From NCBI GenBank assembly GCA_965224025.1, contig OZ245033.1, positions 384,001 to 448,000 of the forward strand: a DNA stretch of 64,000 nt. The letters run 5' to 3'. The translations under genes were made by a program, and so were the position numbers. This DNA comes from Candidatus Multivorans sp. (lineage in GTDB: Bacteria > Acidobacteriota > Thermoanaerobaculia > Multivoradales > Multivoraceae). Below the pieces are notes generated by a model. That model searched no databases and was not told the origin of the DNA. It worked only from the letters and a program-made list of their open reading frames with translations. Positions 30,709 through 43,327 of this stretch are shown in pieces (positions within the stretch are counted from its first letter, which is position 1; every line of letters starts with the position of its first letter).

Positions 30709-33700
30709 CTACCAGGGCATCGTCCGCCCGGTGTGCTCCCTCCCCACCTCCGCCGAATCCTCCCGCCGGCCCGCGCCGATCATCACCCCCCGGTCGAGCT
30801 GCTGCTCCACATTCCCCGGCAACACGTTGTCGAGGAAGAACATCCCCCGCTCCTTCGTGAGTTCCAGCGCCATGTCGCCGGCGGCGACGACTTCGGGGGG
30901 AAGCGGCGGGTCGGCGCGGCCTTCGAGGTGGCCGTGGGAGAGGCCCAGGTCGCGGGGGCCGTGTTCGGCGAAGGCGAGGCCGGGGACGGAGAGGGTTTCG
31001 GCGGCTCGGTCGAGAGCCTGCTGGTCTTCGAGTTTGACGCCGAGCATGATCTCGCCTTCGGGGTTGAGGGGCCAGACGTCGGCTTTCCGGAGGTACTCCT
31101 GGGCGTTCAGGCCCCAGACCCAGGCGGCGAAGGTGTGGCTGCCCCAGCCGCGGAGGCCCTCGCCTACGACGTCGATGGCCTGCTTGTGGATCGGGTAGCG
31201 GGCGGCCTGGACGAAGCGCTTGACTCCTTCGGGGTCGCGGGCGCGGGCGAGGTGGACGCCGTGGACGCCCTGGGCGAGGGCCTGTTGGACCATCCAGCCG
31301 CCGGCTGTGACGGTCGCTTCGTCTAAGCCGAGCAGAGGCAGGGAGACGATGACGGTCGGCGTCCGGTGGCCGCTCAGGGTGGGACCGGCATCGACGAGGC
31401 CGCGCATGAACTCGCGGAGCGCCGCGAAGTCGAGGGCCATGTGCTCGACGTTGTAGATGATGTAGTCGCCCCAGGTGTTGGCCATGCGCATGCCTTCTTC
31501 GTAGCCGCCGGTGGAGGCGTCGTAGTAGATGGGCTGAGCCCGCTCGAGGAGTTCGATGGACTTGTTGATCCGCTGGGGCTGGTAGTCGGACGCGGCGCGG
31601 GCCGCGTCGAAGCCCTTGCCGAAGCCGGGGGACGAGGTGGTCTGGCGGTAGGTCGGCAGCAGGCGGAGTTCGGTGGCGGAACGGAGGTCGCCCCAGAGGG
31701 TCAGGTGGCGTCCGGTGGCGGAGTGGACGACGCCCCAAGCGTCGCCGCCTACGACGACCCGGCCGGCGAGATCGACGGCGGGGAGGAGTGCCGAGACGTC
31801 GACCTGGGTCTGGTGGCTGGACGCCGAGTAGGAGGTTCCGAGCACCTGGAGTTCCCTGCCGTCTTCCAGGAACTCGGGCAGTCCGGCGGTGTTCCCTTCG
31901 CCCGCGGCGCCATCGCGGAACATGGACGCGCTGACGATCGCGGTGCCGTCGCTCTCAAGCGAGCCCGAGACGATGTTGTTGCTGAAGCGCGTCGGCTCTA
32001 GGCCCTCCTTGGTCTCGATGAGCAGGGTGTCTTCGAGGATCGTGTTGTCGGTGACTTCGAGTTCGCTGCGTTGCAGGTAGAAGCCGTTGTTGAGCGCGGC
32101 GATGTTGCCGGTGACCCGGCCGCGGCTCTCCATCGTGATGCGGGTGGCGCCGGAGTTGCCGGACGGGTTCGAGTTGCCGAAGAAGCGATTGCCGGTGACT
32201 TCGACGAAGAAGTCCGCAGGCGTAGGCATCGGGTCGAACGGCCGGTCGTAGCGGTGCTCCTGGCCGCCCACGAAGAGGCCGCCGCCGTCGTCTCCGCCGT
32301 GGTTGGCGACGATGACGTTGCCCAGGACCTTCGCCGAGGACCAGTACGCGACGAAGATGCCGCCGGCGTCGTTGTTGTGGAGGGCCTGGTTGCCGAGGAC
32401 GACGTTGCCGGTGATCTTGGGGGATGAGTGATTGAAGACGGAGATGCCGCCGCCGTCGCTGCTGCGCATGGGATCGGCGGTGCCGGCGATGTTGCCGATG
32501 AGGACGTTGTCCGCGATCACGCCGTTGCAGTTGTGGTCGAAGGCGATGCCGGCGCCGCGGCCGGTTTCGGTGGTGTTGGCGAGGATCAGGTTGTTGCGGA
32601 TCTCGGGGGCGCCGCCGTTGCGGCAGTAGATGGCGCCGCCGTCGTGGGCGGTTTCGTGGAGGTACTTGGGGGCCCAGTCTTGGGGCGTCAGCGTGGCGTT
32701 CTGGGTGAAGACGTTGTTGGTGAGGAGGGGGGATGTGCCGTCGATGAGGATGCCGGCCCCGGGGGCGCGGGTGCGGCCGTTTTGGATTTGGAGGCCGTCG
32801 ATGCGGGTGGCCGGGGTGTTGGTGGCGGTGGCGGTGGTGGTGGCGGCGGTGGTAGTGGCGGTGGTGGCGGTGATGAGGACGCGGCCTTCGTGACGGGCGT
32901 CGAGGATGGTGGGGTGGGCTTGGAGGTCGCGGGTCCAGGTGGTGGGGTTGAAGCCGCCGTAGAGGTCGGTGTTGGGTTCGAGCGTGAGGTTGTGGACGTT
33001 GTAGGTGCCGGCGGCTATGAGGATGGCGGCGCGCGCTGTGTCGGCCGTGGTGGTGGCGGAGGCGGCGGTGAAGGCGTGGGGGATGGAGGCGTAGGGGGCG
33101 GAGGCGGTGCCGGTGCCTGTGGAGTCGGAGCCGGTGGTGGTGGAGACGTGGAGGATTTGGGTGTACGCGTCGAGGTCGACGGGGGTGGTTTGAGGGCCGG
33201 TGGTGGCGGCGGCGGTGGGTGTGGTTGTGATGGTGGTAAGGAGGAGAGTCGCAGCGAGGGTGAGGAGGGTGTTCCAGAGGTGGCGGCGGCGCTGCGCGCC
33301 GGTTGTAGGGCCGCTGCTGGTGTTCGTGAGGGGCAGATGCGGACCAGAAGATCCGCGCACCCAGAGATACGCCGCCGGCTTGGCGAAACGCTCTACGCAA
33401 CTGGTGGGTCGGCGTGCAGGCGCCGGATGCGGGCCAGAAGGCCCGCGCACCCAGAGATACGGCGTCGTGGGGGCGTCAATCTCTACTGCAATCGGCAAGG
33501 TGTCGCTGCGAGCGGATGCGGGCAGAATGCCCGCGTTCCCAGGGTTCGGCCGACGAGTCGCGGAGCGGCGAGCTCGAGGGGGACGCGAGAGGCCGAAGGC
33601 GGAGCTCCTTCGTGGGGCTGTCGCTGCGGCGGATGCGGGCAGGATGCCCGCGTTCCCAGGGCTTGGCCGACGGGCCGCGGAGCGGTGAGTTCGGGGGTGG

Positions 33701-33762
33701 CCTGCGAGGCAGGAGGCCGAGCTCCTTTGTGGCGGGCGCGGCGCTGTCGTTCTACGGTTCAC
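30709..33762 (-). CDS. Secreted right-handed beta-helix protein fused to an HpcH/HpaI aldolase-like domain
   Basis: GGAGG RBS plus GTG at 33762; HVSTTTGSD..APYASI, GGAI/GGGI repeats, C-terminal EH..GVKLED..GPRDL. Confidence 0.78.
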   Translation of the reverse strand: MNRRTTAPRPPQRSSASCLAGHPRTHRSAARRPSPGNAGILPASAAATAPRRSSAFGLSRPPRARRSATRRPNPGNAGILPASARSDTLPIAVEIDAPTTPYLWVRGPSGPHPAPARRPTSCVERFAKPAAYLWVRGSSGPHLPLTNTSSGPTTGAQRRRHLWNTLLTLAATLLLTTITTTPTAAATTGPQTTPVDLDAYTQILHVSTTTGSDSTGTGTASAPYASIPHAFTAASATTTADTARAAILIAAGTYNVHNLTLEPNTDLYGGFNPTTWTRDLQAHPTILDARHEGRVLITATTATTTAATTTATATNTPATRIDGLQIQNGRTRAPGAGILIDGTSPLLTNNVFTQNATLTPQDWAPKYLHETAHDGGAIYCRNGGAPEIRNNLILANTTETGRGAGIAFDHNCNGVIADNVLIGNIAGTADPMRSSDGGGISVFNHSSPKITGNVVLGNQALHNNDAGGIFVAYWSSAKVLGNVIVANHGGDDGGGLFVGGQEHRYDRPFDPMPTPADFFVEVTGNRFFGNSNPSGNSGATRITMESRGRVTGNIAALNNGFYLQRSELEVTDNTILEDTLLIETKEGLEPTRFSNNIVSGSLESDGTAIVSASMFRDGAAGEGNTAGLPEFLEDGRELQVLGTSYSASSHQTQVDVSALLPAVDLAGRVVVGGDAWGVVHSATGRHLTLWGDLRSATELRLLPTYRQTTSSPGFGKGFDAARAASDYQPQRINKSIELLERAQPIYYDASTGGYEEGMRMANTWGDYIIYNVEHMALDFAALREFMRGLVDAGPTLSGHRTPTVIVSLPLLGLDEATVTAGGWMVQQALAQGVHGVHLARARDPEGVKRFVQAARYPIHKQAIDVVGEGLRGWGSHTFAAWVWGLNAQEYLRKADVWPLNPEGEIMLGVKLEDQQALDRAAETLSVPGLAFAEHGPRDLGLSHGHLEGRADPPLPPEVVAAGDMALELTKERGMFFLDNVLPGNVEQQLDRGVMIGAGRREDSAEVGREHTGRTMPW
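33339..33737. repeat. Four REP-like hairpins (two tandem pairs) inside the 5' coding region
   Basis: Hairpins at 33339, 33429, 33518 and 33635; direct duplication 33501-33618/33619-33737. Confidence 0.85.
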
Positions 33763-33767
33763 GGTCT

Positions 33768-36392
<2,625 letters not shown>

Positions 36393-36395
36393 CGG

Positions 36396-38252
36396 CTAGC
36401 TCCCCTCTCGGCCGGTCACGGCGAGGTCGCCGTGCGGAATCACCAGAGTCTCGATCAGCTCATCATCAATCGAGTAGATCTGGTACGTCACCCGCGGGTC
36501 CTCGCGCGCGGTGTCGAACGTCAGCAAACCGAAGGAGTCCTTCAGGTTGTAGCTGAACAGCGCGCCCGGCTCTACGGGGTGCGTGTGGATGTTGGTCAAC
36601 TGGCCGCTCAGGAGGTCGTGGAAGGCGTAGCCGCTGTCGCGTTCGATCGCCCAGGCTTCGGAGCGGTGGCGGTCGGACGAGAGCAGGATCACGCCGGAGA
36701 TGTCGCTCGCCTCGATGAAACCGAGGATCTCCTCGCGTTCTTCGGGGAAGCCCGACCAGGTGTCGCGGCTGCCGGGCTTGGCGCCGTCGGCCCAGGCTAC
36801 GGGGCTTGCGATCACCTTGAAGGTGGCCTGGGAGTCGGCCAGCGAGTCGAGCAGCCAGGCCTTCTGCACCGGACCCAGCATGGTGGGCTCTTCGGCGAAG
36901 GGGTTGGTCCGGTAGGTGCGGCCGTCGAGCAGGAAGAAATCGACGTCCCCCAAGGGGAACCGAAACCAGACGCCGGGGTGGGACTCCGAAACGTAGGCCG
37001 GGTTGTTCCAGTTGCGGCGGAACAGGTCGACCATCGGTTGCTTCCACGCGGGACGGTCGACGTAGGGGCCCAGCCAGATGTCGTCGACGGCCGCGTCGTG
37101 GTCGTCCCAGATGGCGTAGACGGGGGTCGAGCTCACGAGGCGCCGGAACTCGGGGCGCGACTGGCGCTGGTAGTAGGTGTAGTCGTGGAACGGGCCGGGC
37201 GGCTCCGGCAGGTCGATGTAGACGTTGTCGCCGAGGAGGAGCAGCGCCAGCGGGGCATGGGCGGCGATCGTGTCCCACATGCGCTCATTGTCCGGCGTGT
37301 AGCCGGCGCAGCCGCCGAAGGCGACGACAAAGGTTCCGGGGGTGCCGGCGGGGGGAGAGGTGCGGAGTGTGTAAGTGGGCGACCGGGATTGCGGCGGCGG
37401 CCGGGACTGTGGCCTGTTCCGGTCGACGACGACCTGGTAGGTGTAGGTCGTGTCGGGCGAGAGGCCCTTGAGCGTTGCCGTGCCGGTGTAGTCGCGGTCG
37501 GCGGCGGTGGCGGCGGTGGCGGTGTGGCGTTCGCCGGCGGCTGTCGCGACGACTTGGAAGGGGGTCGGGACGGCGGTGCGGATCCAGATGCGAGCGCTGG
37601 TGTCGGTGACGGCGCCGAGCATGGGGCCGTGGATGATCGCGTTGTTCGGGCTCGCCGCCTGGAGCGCGAAGCCCTCGGTCGCGGCCAGGGGCGCGAGCAG
37701 CTCGCGCGGGCCGGCGAGGAAGCGGCCGAAGGGCATGCCGGCGTCGAGGGCGACGTGCATCGCCTCCTCGGCAGCGTCTATGCGATCGAGTTGGGAGAGC
37801 GCCACCGCCTTGATGAACCACGATTCGGCGTCGTCTCGGTCTTCGGCGAGCCGGGCGTCGGCAAGTTCGATAGCCCGCTCGGCGTTGCCGTCGAGGATCT
37901 CGAGGAGTTGCCGCTGCCCGCGGCGCTTGTAGTAGAGGTTCGCGGCCCGCTCCGCGAACATGCGGCGGCTCCACTCGTTCTCGGCACCGTAGTAAGGGTG
38001 CGGGGAGTCGCCTTCGTAGGCGTCGGGCGGGCCGAACTCGCCGAAGTTCTCGCCGCCGGGGTTGCCGACTTCGCGGGCGGCGAGCTCGGCGGCACGGTCC
38101 TCGGTGGGGGTGCAGGCGAGGGCTGCGGTTAGCAATGCGGCCGCCGGCCAAAGGCCGGCGACGTTGTTTCCGCCGCCTGCGGCGGCAGCGGGCCGGAAGG
38201 CCCGCGCACCCAGAGATACGGCGTCGACCTGGCGGTGTTCTCTACTGGGCAT
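36396..38252 (-). CDS. PhoD-like alkaline phosphatase D lipoprotein
   Basis: GDNVYID, IWDDHD, LDGRTYR, SDRH; lipobox ALAC. Confidence 0.85.
   Translation of the reverse strand: MPSREHRQVDAVSLGARAFRPAAAAGGGNNVAGLWPAAALLTAALACTPTEDRAAELAAREVGNPGGENFGEFGPPDAYEGDSPHPYYGAENEWSRRMFAERAANLYYKRRGQRQLLEILDGNAERAIELADARLAEDRDDAESWFIKAVALSQLDRIDAAEEAMHVALDAGMPFGRFLAGPRELLAPLAATEGFALQAASPNNAIIHGPMLGAVTDTSARIWIRTAVPTPFQVVATAAGERHTATAATAADRDYTGTATLKGLSPDTTYTYQVVVDRNRPQSRPPPQSRSPTYTLRTSPPAGTPGTFVVAFGGCAGYTPDNERMWDTIAAHAPLALLLLGDNVYIDLPEPPGPFHDYTYYQRQSRPEFRRLVSSTPVYAIWDDHDAAVDDIWLGPYVDRPAWKQPMVDLFRRNWNNPAYVSESHPGVWFRFPLGDVDFFLLDGRTYRTNPFAEEPTMLGPVQKAWLLDSLADSQATFKVIASPVAWADGAKPGSRDTWSGFPEEREEILGFIEASDISGVILLSSDRHRSEAWAIERDSGYAFHDLLSGQLTNIHTHPVEPGALFSYNLKDSFGLLTFDTAREDPRVTYQIYSIDDELIETLVIPHGDLAVTGREGS
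38188..38248. repeat. REP-like element in coding N-terminus
   Basis: GCGGGCCGGAAGGCCCGCGCACCCAGAG...TTCTCTACTGG. Confidence 0.85.
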
Positions 38253-38280
38253 GCAGGGCTATCGCTGCGGCACCCGAAGA

Positions 38281-39594
38281 TCACCGGTCGACGAAGGCGC
38301 CATCTTCGGTGGTCAGGGTGCTCCAGTCCTTCTCCTGGAAGGGGTACTTCGCGGCCACTTCCTCGTCGAGGTCGATGCCGAGACCGGGGCGGCTGGGGAG
38401 CGGGGCAAAACCGCGGTCGTAGGAGAAGTGGCCGCCGTAGAAGAGGTCCTGCCAGAACGGGTCCTGGCCGCTGCCGATCTCGAGGATGGTGCAGTTCGGG
38501 GTGCAGGCGCAGACGTGCATCGACGCCAGCGTGCTGACCTCGCTCTGCGGGTTGTGCGGCGAGACGTCGACGCGGAAGCCCTCGGCCATGATCGCGATCT
38601 TGCGCAGTTCGGAGATGCCGCCGACGTGGACGACGTCCGGCATGATCACGTCGACGAGCCGTTCGGAGCACAGCGGCGCGAAGTGGTAGCGCGAGGTGAG
38701 GCGCTCGCCGGTCGCCAAGGGCACGCGGGTCTGGGCGCGGATCTGCCGCACCTCCTCGATCACCTCGTTCTCGAGCTGGGTGACTTCCTCCACCCAGAAC
38801 GGCCGAAACTCCTCCACCCGGTTGCAGAACTCGACCGCGGAGAGCGGGGTCGGCTTGCCGTGCGCCTCGACGATGATGTCGAAGTCCGGGCCCACGATGT
38901 CGCGCACCTTGGCGAGGTGTTCGACGCCGCGGCGGATCGACACGCGGTGGTTGATGGGCCGGCCGCCCGGGTAGAAGCCGCCTTTGACGCAGGTCCAGCC
39001 GGCTTCCTTCTTCTGCCGCCAGAGGTCGAGGGCCTCCTCTTCGTCCGCGGCGCGGCGTTTCTCGCGGTGGCTGATGCGCTCGAGGTAGCCCTCGTGGCAG
39101 TAGAGCCGCACCCGGTCACGCGCCTTGCCGCCGAGGAGTTGCCAGATCGGCTGGCCGAGGGCCTGGCCGAGGATGTCCCACATGGCGACCTCGACCGCGG
39201 AGAGCGCCGACATGAGCACCGGGCCGCCGCGGTAGCGGGGGCCGATGAACATGCCGCGCCAGTGGCGCTCGATCTCGGTCGGGTCCTTGCCGACCAGGTA
39301 GCGCTTGTGGTTCTCAATGGCGGCCGCGACGACTTCGCCCTTGTTGGAGAGGGTGCCTTCGCCGAGGCCGGTGATTCCCTGGTTGGTGTAAAGCTTGACG
39401 AAGACGAAGTTCTCGTCGTTGCCGGCGTCGACGAGGAAGGTGCGGAGGTCGGTTATGCGGAGGTTGAGGGGCTTGGCGTCTTCGAACGTCTTCTCGAGGG
39501 GGCCGGGTTCTTGGGCCGGCAGGACGCGGGCGGTGGCGGCCGTGGCCAGGCCGAGCGCGGCCGTGAGGAGGGTCCTGCGATCGAGGTCAGTCAT
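38281..39594 (-). CDS. Mandelate racemase/galactonate dehydratase-like enzyme with Tat signal
   Basis: DRRTLL, GITGLGE, WDILGQALGQP, EAHG/WVEE/TGER, PHNP, RPGLGI. Confidence 0.88.
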   Translation of the reverse strand: MTDLDRRTLLTAALGLATAATARVLPAQEPGPLEKTFEDAKPLNLRITDLRTFLVDAGNDENFVFVKLYTNQGITGLGEGTLSNKGEVVAAAIENHKRYLVGKDPTEIERHWRGMFIGPRYRGGPVLMSALSAVEVAMWDILGQALGQPIWQLLGGKARDRVRLYCHEGYLERISHREKRRAADEEEALDLWRQKKEAGWTCVKGGFYPGGRPINHRVSIRRGVEHLAKVRDIVGPDFDIIVEAHGKPTPLSAVEFCNRVEEFRPFWVEEVTQLENEVIEEVRQIRAQTRVPLATGERLTSRYHFAPLCSERLVDVIMPDVVHVGGISELRKIAIMAEGFRVDVSPHNPQSEVSTLASMHVCACTPNCTILEIGSGQDPFWQDLFYGGHFSYDRGFAPLPSRPGLGIDLDEEVAAKYPFQEKDWSTLTTEDGAFVDR

Positions 39595-39624
39595 GCGGGG
39601 TTGGCTCTCGGCGAAGACGTGACG

Positions 39625-39843
39625 GTTGCAGTAGAGAACCGCATCGACACGACGGCGGTGCTCTGGGTGCGCGGGTCTTCTGACCCGCTCTCGGGCGAAG
39701 CCGCGAAGCGGCCAAGCCCGGAAGAACAGGGCCGCCGGCCGAAGGCCGGCGACGTTGCTTCTGGCCGCCTTCGGCGGCAGCGGGTCAGAAGACCCGCGCA
39801 CCCAGAGATACGGTGCGGCGTGGATGAAACGCCCTGCTGCAAG
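39625..39843. repeat. Inverted REP-like doublet
   Basis: Hairpins at 39661 and 39780 with outer GTTGCAGTAGAGAA and CCCTGCTGCAA boxes. Confidence 0.85.
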
Positions 39844-39850
39844 TGGGGTC

Positions 39851-41482
39851 TCACCTTGCGTCGCCTCCGTGTTCGTCGACGAAGCGCCAATCGTGGCGGG
39901 CCTTCTCGTAGCCGGGGTTGATCGTCATTTCGCCGGCGCCGATCTGCTGGCGCCAGGCGACGAGTTGCTGGAGGAGGCTGTCGGAGAGTTCGGGTTTCTC
40001 CGCCGCGAGGTCGGCCGTTTCGCCTGGGTCGGCGTTGAGGTCGAAGAGGCTGACCGCGGGGCCGACGCCGGCGATGGAGCCTTCGAACCACTCGATCAGC
40101 TTGTGGTCGCCCTGCCGGATGGCGCCCGCCGGCATGTAGCCGAGGTGGTGGTAGTGCGGGTAGTGGAAGAAGAGCGTGTCGCGGTCCAGTGAGCCGCTTC
40201 CGTCGAGCACCGGCAGGAGGCTCAGACCGTCGATGTCGGCGGGCAGGTCGGTGACGCCGAGGATGCCGGCGATCGTCGGGAAGAAGTCGTCCGAGGTGAT
40301 CAGCTCGTCGTTGACGCTGCCGGGCGCCACCACGCCCGGCCACTTGACGGCCATCGGCACGCGGACCCCGCCTTCCCAGATCATCGCCTTGCCGCCGCGG
40401 AACGGGTCCTGCTCCTGGAGCTGCTCGAAGCCGCCGTTGTCGGAGTAGAAGATGACGATCGTGCGCTCGGTCAGGCCGTGCTCCTCGATGCGGTCGAGGA
40501 TCTGCCCGAAACCGGTGTCCATCGTCTCGATCATCGCGCCCATGACCGGGTTGTTCACCGGGTCAGAGGCTTTGGGCTTCCCCTCGTACCTGGCGATCAG
40601 CTTCGGGTCCTCCAGCAGCGGACGATGGACCACGTGGTGCGAGACGTAGAGGAAGAACGGCTGCTCCCGGTTCGCGTCGAGAAACGCGAGCGACCGTTCG
40701 GTGATCTCGCGGGCGTGGTGGGCGTCGGCTAAGGGGTCGTCCTCGTACTCCGGCTTGACGGTGGTCAGGATGTCGTCGAAGCCTTGGGAGCCCGGGTCCA
40801 TCGGTCGACCGGGCACGTACTCCTTGTCGACGTTCAGGTGCCACTTGCCGAAGTGGCCGGTGGCGTAGCCCTGGGACTTGAACAGCTCGGCGATGGTGAC
40901 TTCCTCGAGCGGGAGTCCGGGCACTTCGGCGGGTCGGAGAAGGCGGGCGTAGGGGTAGGGGCTGCCGGGGATGTAGTCGGTGATCTGGAGGCGGGCCGGG
41001 TTCTTGCCTGTCATCAGGCTGGCCCGGGTCGGTGAACAGACGGGGTTCGCGGAGTAGGCGTTCGAGAACTGCATGCCGGCCGCGGCGACGGCGTCGATGT
41101 TCGGGGTCTCGTAGAAGGTCGTGCCGTGGTAGCCGACCTGGTTCCAGGCGAGGTCGTCGGCGAGGAAGAGAACGACGTTCCAGGGGGTTGGCGTGTCGGC
41201 TTCAGGCGCCGGGTCGGGGGCCGGGCCGCAGGCCGCCAGGAGGAGGGTCGCTGCAACTGCAGTAGAGAACCTGGCTACGCCGACGGCCGTTCTCTGGGTA
41301 CGCGGACCCTCTGGTCCGCTTGCCGCCGAAGGCGGCGTCAGAATCGCCGCCGGCGAAGCCGGCGACCGCATTTTCCGGGCTACGCCGCTCCGCGGCTTCG
41401 CCCGGGAGCGGACCAGAAGGTCCGCGCACCCAGAGAACGGGCGGTGCCGTGGGCGCGATTCTCTACGCAACCTAAGGGTCAT
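39851..41482 (-). CDS. Cys-type sulfatase lipoprotein
   Basis: ADDL, CSPTRASLMTG, GKWH, SDNGG, GGVRVP; GGAGG RBS. Confidence 0.92.
   Translation of the reverse strand: MTLRLRRESRPRHRPFSGCADLLVRSRAKPRSGVARKMRSPASPAAILTPPSAASGPEGPRTQRTAVGVARFSTAVAATLLLAACGPAPDPAPEADTPTPWNVVLFLADDLAWNQVGYHGTTFYETPNIDAVAAAGMQFSNAYSANPVCSPTRASLMTGKNPARLQITDYIPGSPYPYARLLRPAEVPGLPLEEVTIAELFKSQGYATGHFGKWHLNVDKEYVPGRPMDPGSQGFDDILTTVKPEYEDDPLADAHHAREITERSLAFLDANREQPFFLYVSHHVVHRPLLEDPKLIARYEGKPKASDPVNNPVMGAMIETMDTGFGQILDRIEEHGLTERTIVIFYSDNGGFEQLQEQDPFRGGKAMIWEGGVRVPMAVKWPGVVAPGSVNDELITSDDFFPTIAGILGVTDLPADIDGLSLLPVLDGSGSLDRDTLFFHYPHYHHLGYMPAGAIRQGDHKLIEWFEGSIAGVGPAVSLFDLNADPGETADLAAEKPELSDSLLQQLVAWRQQIGAGEMTINPGYEKARHDWRFVDEHGGDAR
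41258..41471. repeat. Inverted REP-like doublet inside the sulfatase 5' region
   Basis: Hairpins at 41292 and 41408. Confidence 0.85.
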
Positions 41483-41497
41483 CGTCTATTCGCCTCC

Positions 41498-43057
41498 TCA
41501 CGCCTCGCTTCGCTTTCGGTCTTTCCAGCCAGCATAGGTCAAGTTGCGGTCCACCTCGCGGGCCGGGAAGAAGTAGCTCGCCGCCCAGGCGACGACGAAG
41601 AGCACGATGTGACTGTAGACGCCGAGCATGTAGTTGTGCTGCGTGTAGTTGAGCGGGCCCAAGTCGAGCAGAATGCGCGGCTCGCCGCCGAGGCTGAACT
41701 CGGTGGACGTCAGCAGCGCCGCCGCGGTGAAGAGCACGCAGACGCCGACGCCGACGTAGAGGCCCTGCTTGTTCACGCGCGGCACGAAGATGCCGAGCAG
41801 GAACATGCCGGCGATGCCGCCCGAGAAGATCGCGTAGAGGGCGAACACGGTCGCCAGCACGCCCGCGTCGCCGACGGCGGCATAGATGAGCGCGACCACG
41901 ATGGAGCCGACGCCCGACAGGACGACGACGATCTTCCCCACGCGGACGCGCTGGGCCTCCGTGCTCCGCGGCCGGAGCTTCTTGTAGTAGTCGTCGACGG
42001 CGACCGCGGCGAGGCAGTTGAGGTCCGAGTCGAGCGACGAGATCGCCGCGGCGAGCAGCGCCGCGATGATGAGCCCGATGACGCCCACCGGCATCTCGTT
42101 CAGGATGAAGTGCGGGAACACGGCGTCGGCGCGGAGGCCGTCCGGCAGCGTCGCGGACCCCTGGTAGAAGGCGTAGAGCGCCGTGCCGATGAACATGAAC
42201 ATCACCCACACCGGCACCACCATCAGCACCCCGCCGATCGAGGCTCGGATCGCTTCCTTGTCCGACCTGGCGGTCAGGTAGCGCTGCACCATCGTCTGGT
42301 CGGTGCCGTACTTCTGGACGGCGTAGAAGATGCCGTTGATCGCCATGACCCAGAAGGTCAGTTCGACCAGGTTCCAGTCGAACGAGCCGAGGCTCACCTT
42401 GTTCTCGGCCGCCGCGATGGTGAACACCTGGCCCAGGCCGCCGTCGAGCTTGACGGCGATGACGAGCAGGGTCACGAGGCCGCCCAGGATGAGCAGCACC
42501 CCCTGGATCACGTCGAGCCAGATGACCGCCTCCATCCCGCCGAGGAGCGTCAGGACGGTCACCACCAGGCCAAGGACCACGATCACCGTGACGACGCCGA
42601 TGCCCGTCATGCTGGAGACCGCCAGCGCGAGCAGAAAGAACACGGAACCCATGCCGGCGAACTGCGCCAGCACGAAGGCCAGCGAGGCGTAGAGCCGCGC
42701 GAGGTAACCGAACCGCCGCTCGAAGTACTCGTAGGCGCTGAGCCCGATGACCTTGCGGTACATCGGCACGATGAAGCCGATGCCGGCCAGCACGACGACC
42801 GGCACCATGAGCCCCTGCACCAGGCGCACCCAGTTGCCGGCGAAGCCGTCGCCCGGGTAGGCCAGGAAGGTGATGCTGCTGATCAGCGTCGCGAAGATGG
42901 ACAGGCCGATCGCCCATACCGGGACGTTACGGCCGGCGGCGAAGTACTTCGAAGTCGTCGACTGGGCCTTCGCGAAGCGGAGGCCCACGCCTAACGACAG
43001 GACGAGGCTCGCCCCGATGATCAGGTAGTCGAGGAGGTGGAGGGATGGGGTGTCCAT
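41498..43057 (-). CDS. Sodium:solute symporter
   Basis: YFAAGR, SAYEYFERRFG, GGMEAVIWLDVIQ, DQTMVQRYL, AAAISSLDS. Confidence 0.93.
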   Translation of the reverse strand: MDTPSLHLLDYLIIGASLVLSLGVGLRFAKAQSTTSKYFAAGRNVPVWAIGLSIFATLISSITFLAYPGDGFAGNWVRLVQGLMVPVVVLAGIGFIVPMYRKVIGLSAYEYFERRFGYLARLYASLAFVLAQFAGMGSVFFLLALAVSSMTGIGVVTVIVVLGLVVTVLTLLGGMEAVIWLDVIQGVLLILGGLVTLLVIAVKLDGGLGQVFTIAAAENKVSLGSFDWNLVELTFWVMAINGIFYAVQKYGTDQTMVQRYLTARSDKEAIRASIGGVLMVVPVWVMFMFIGTALYAFYQGSATLPDGLRADAVFPHFILNEMPVGVIGLIIAALLAAAISSLDSDLNCLAAVAVDDYYKKLRPRSTEAQRVRVGKIVVVLSGVGSIVVALIYAAVGDAGVLATVFALYAIFSGGIAGMFLLGIFVPRVNKQGLYVGVGVCVLFTAAALLTSTEFSLGGEPRILLDLGPLNYTQHNYMLGVYSHIVLFVVAWAASYFFPAREVDRNLTYAGWKDRKRSEA

Positions 43058-43145
43058 GGGCTAGTTACCGCCCGACGACCGTTGATGCTCGGGCTCGCCG
43101 CTTCGCGACTGTTCTTCCTCCCGGGCCAGAAGACCCGGGCTACGT

Positions 43146-43209
43146 GCGGACCAGAAGGTCCGCGCACCCAGAGAACGGTCGTCGATGCGGCGTGACTCTC
43201 TACTGCAAC
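43146..43209. repeat. REP-like element (intergenic)
   Basis: GCGGACCAGAAGGTCCGCGCACCCAGAG...CTCTACTGCAAC. Confidence 0.85.
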
Positions 43210-43327
43210 TGCGTCCTCCGAAGACCCGCGGGCGAAGCCGCGAAGCGGCGAAGCCCGAACGAAACGGCCGCCGGCCGAAGGCCGGCGACCTTGTTCCACC
43301 GCGCAGCGAACACGCCGCGGCTACTCC

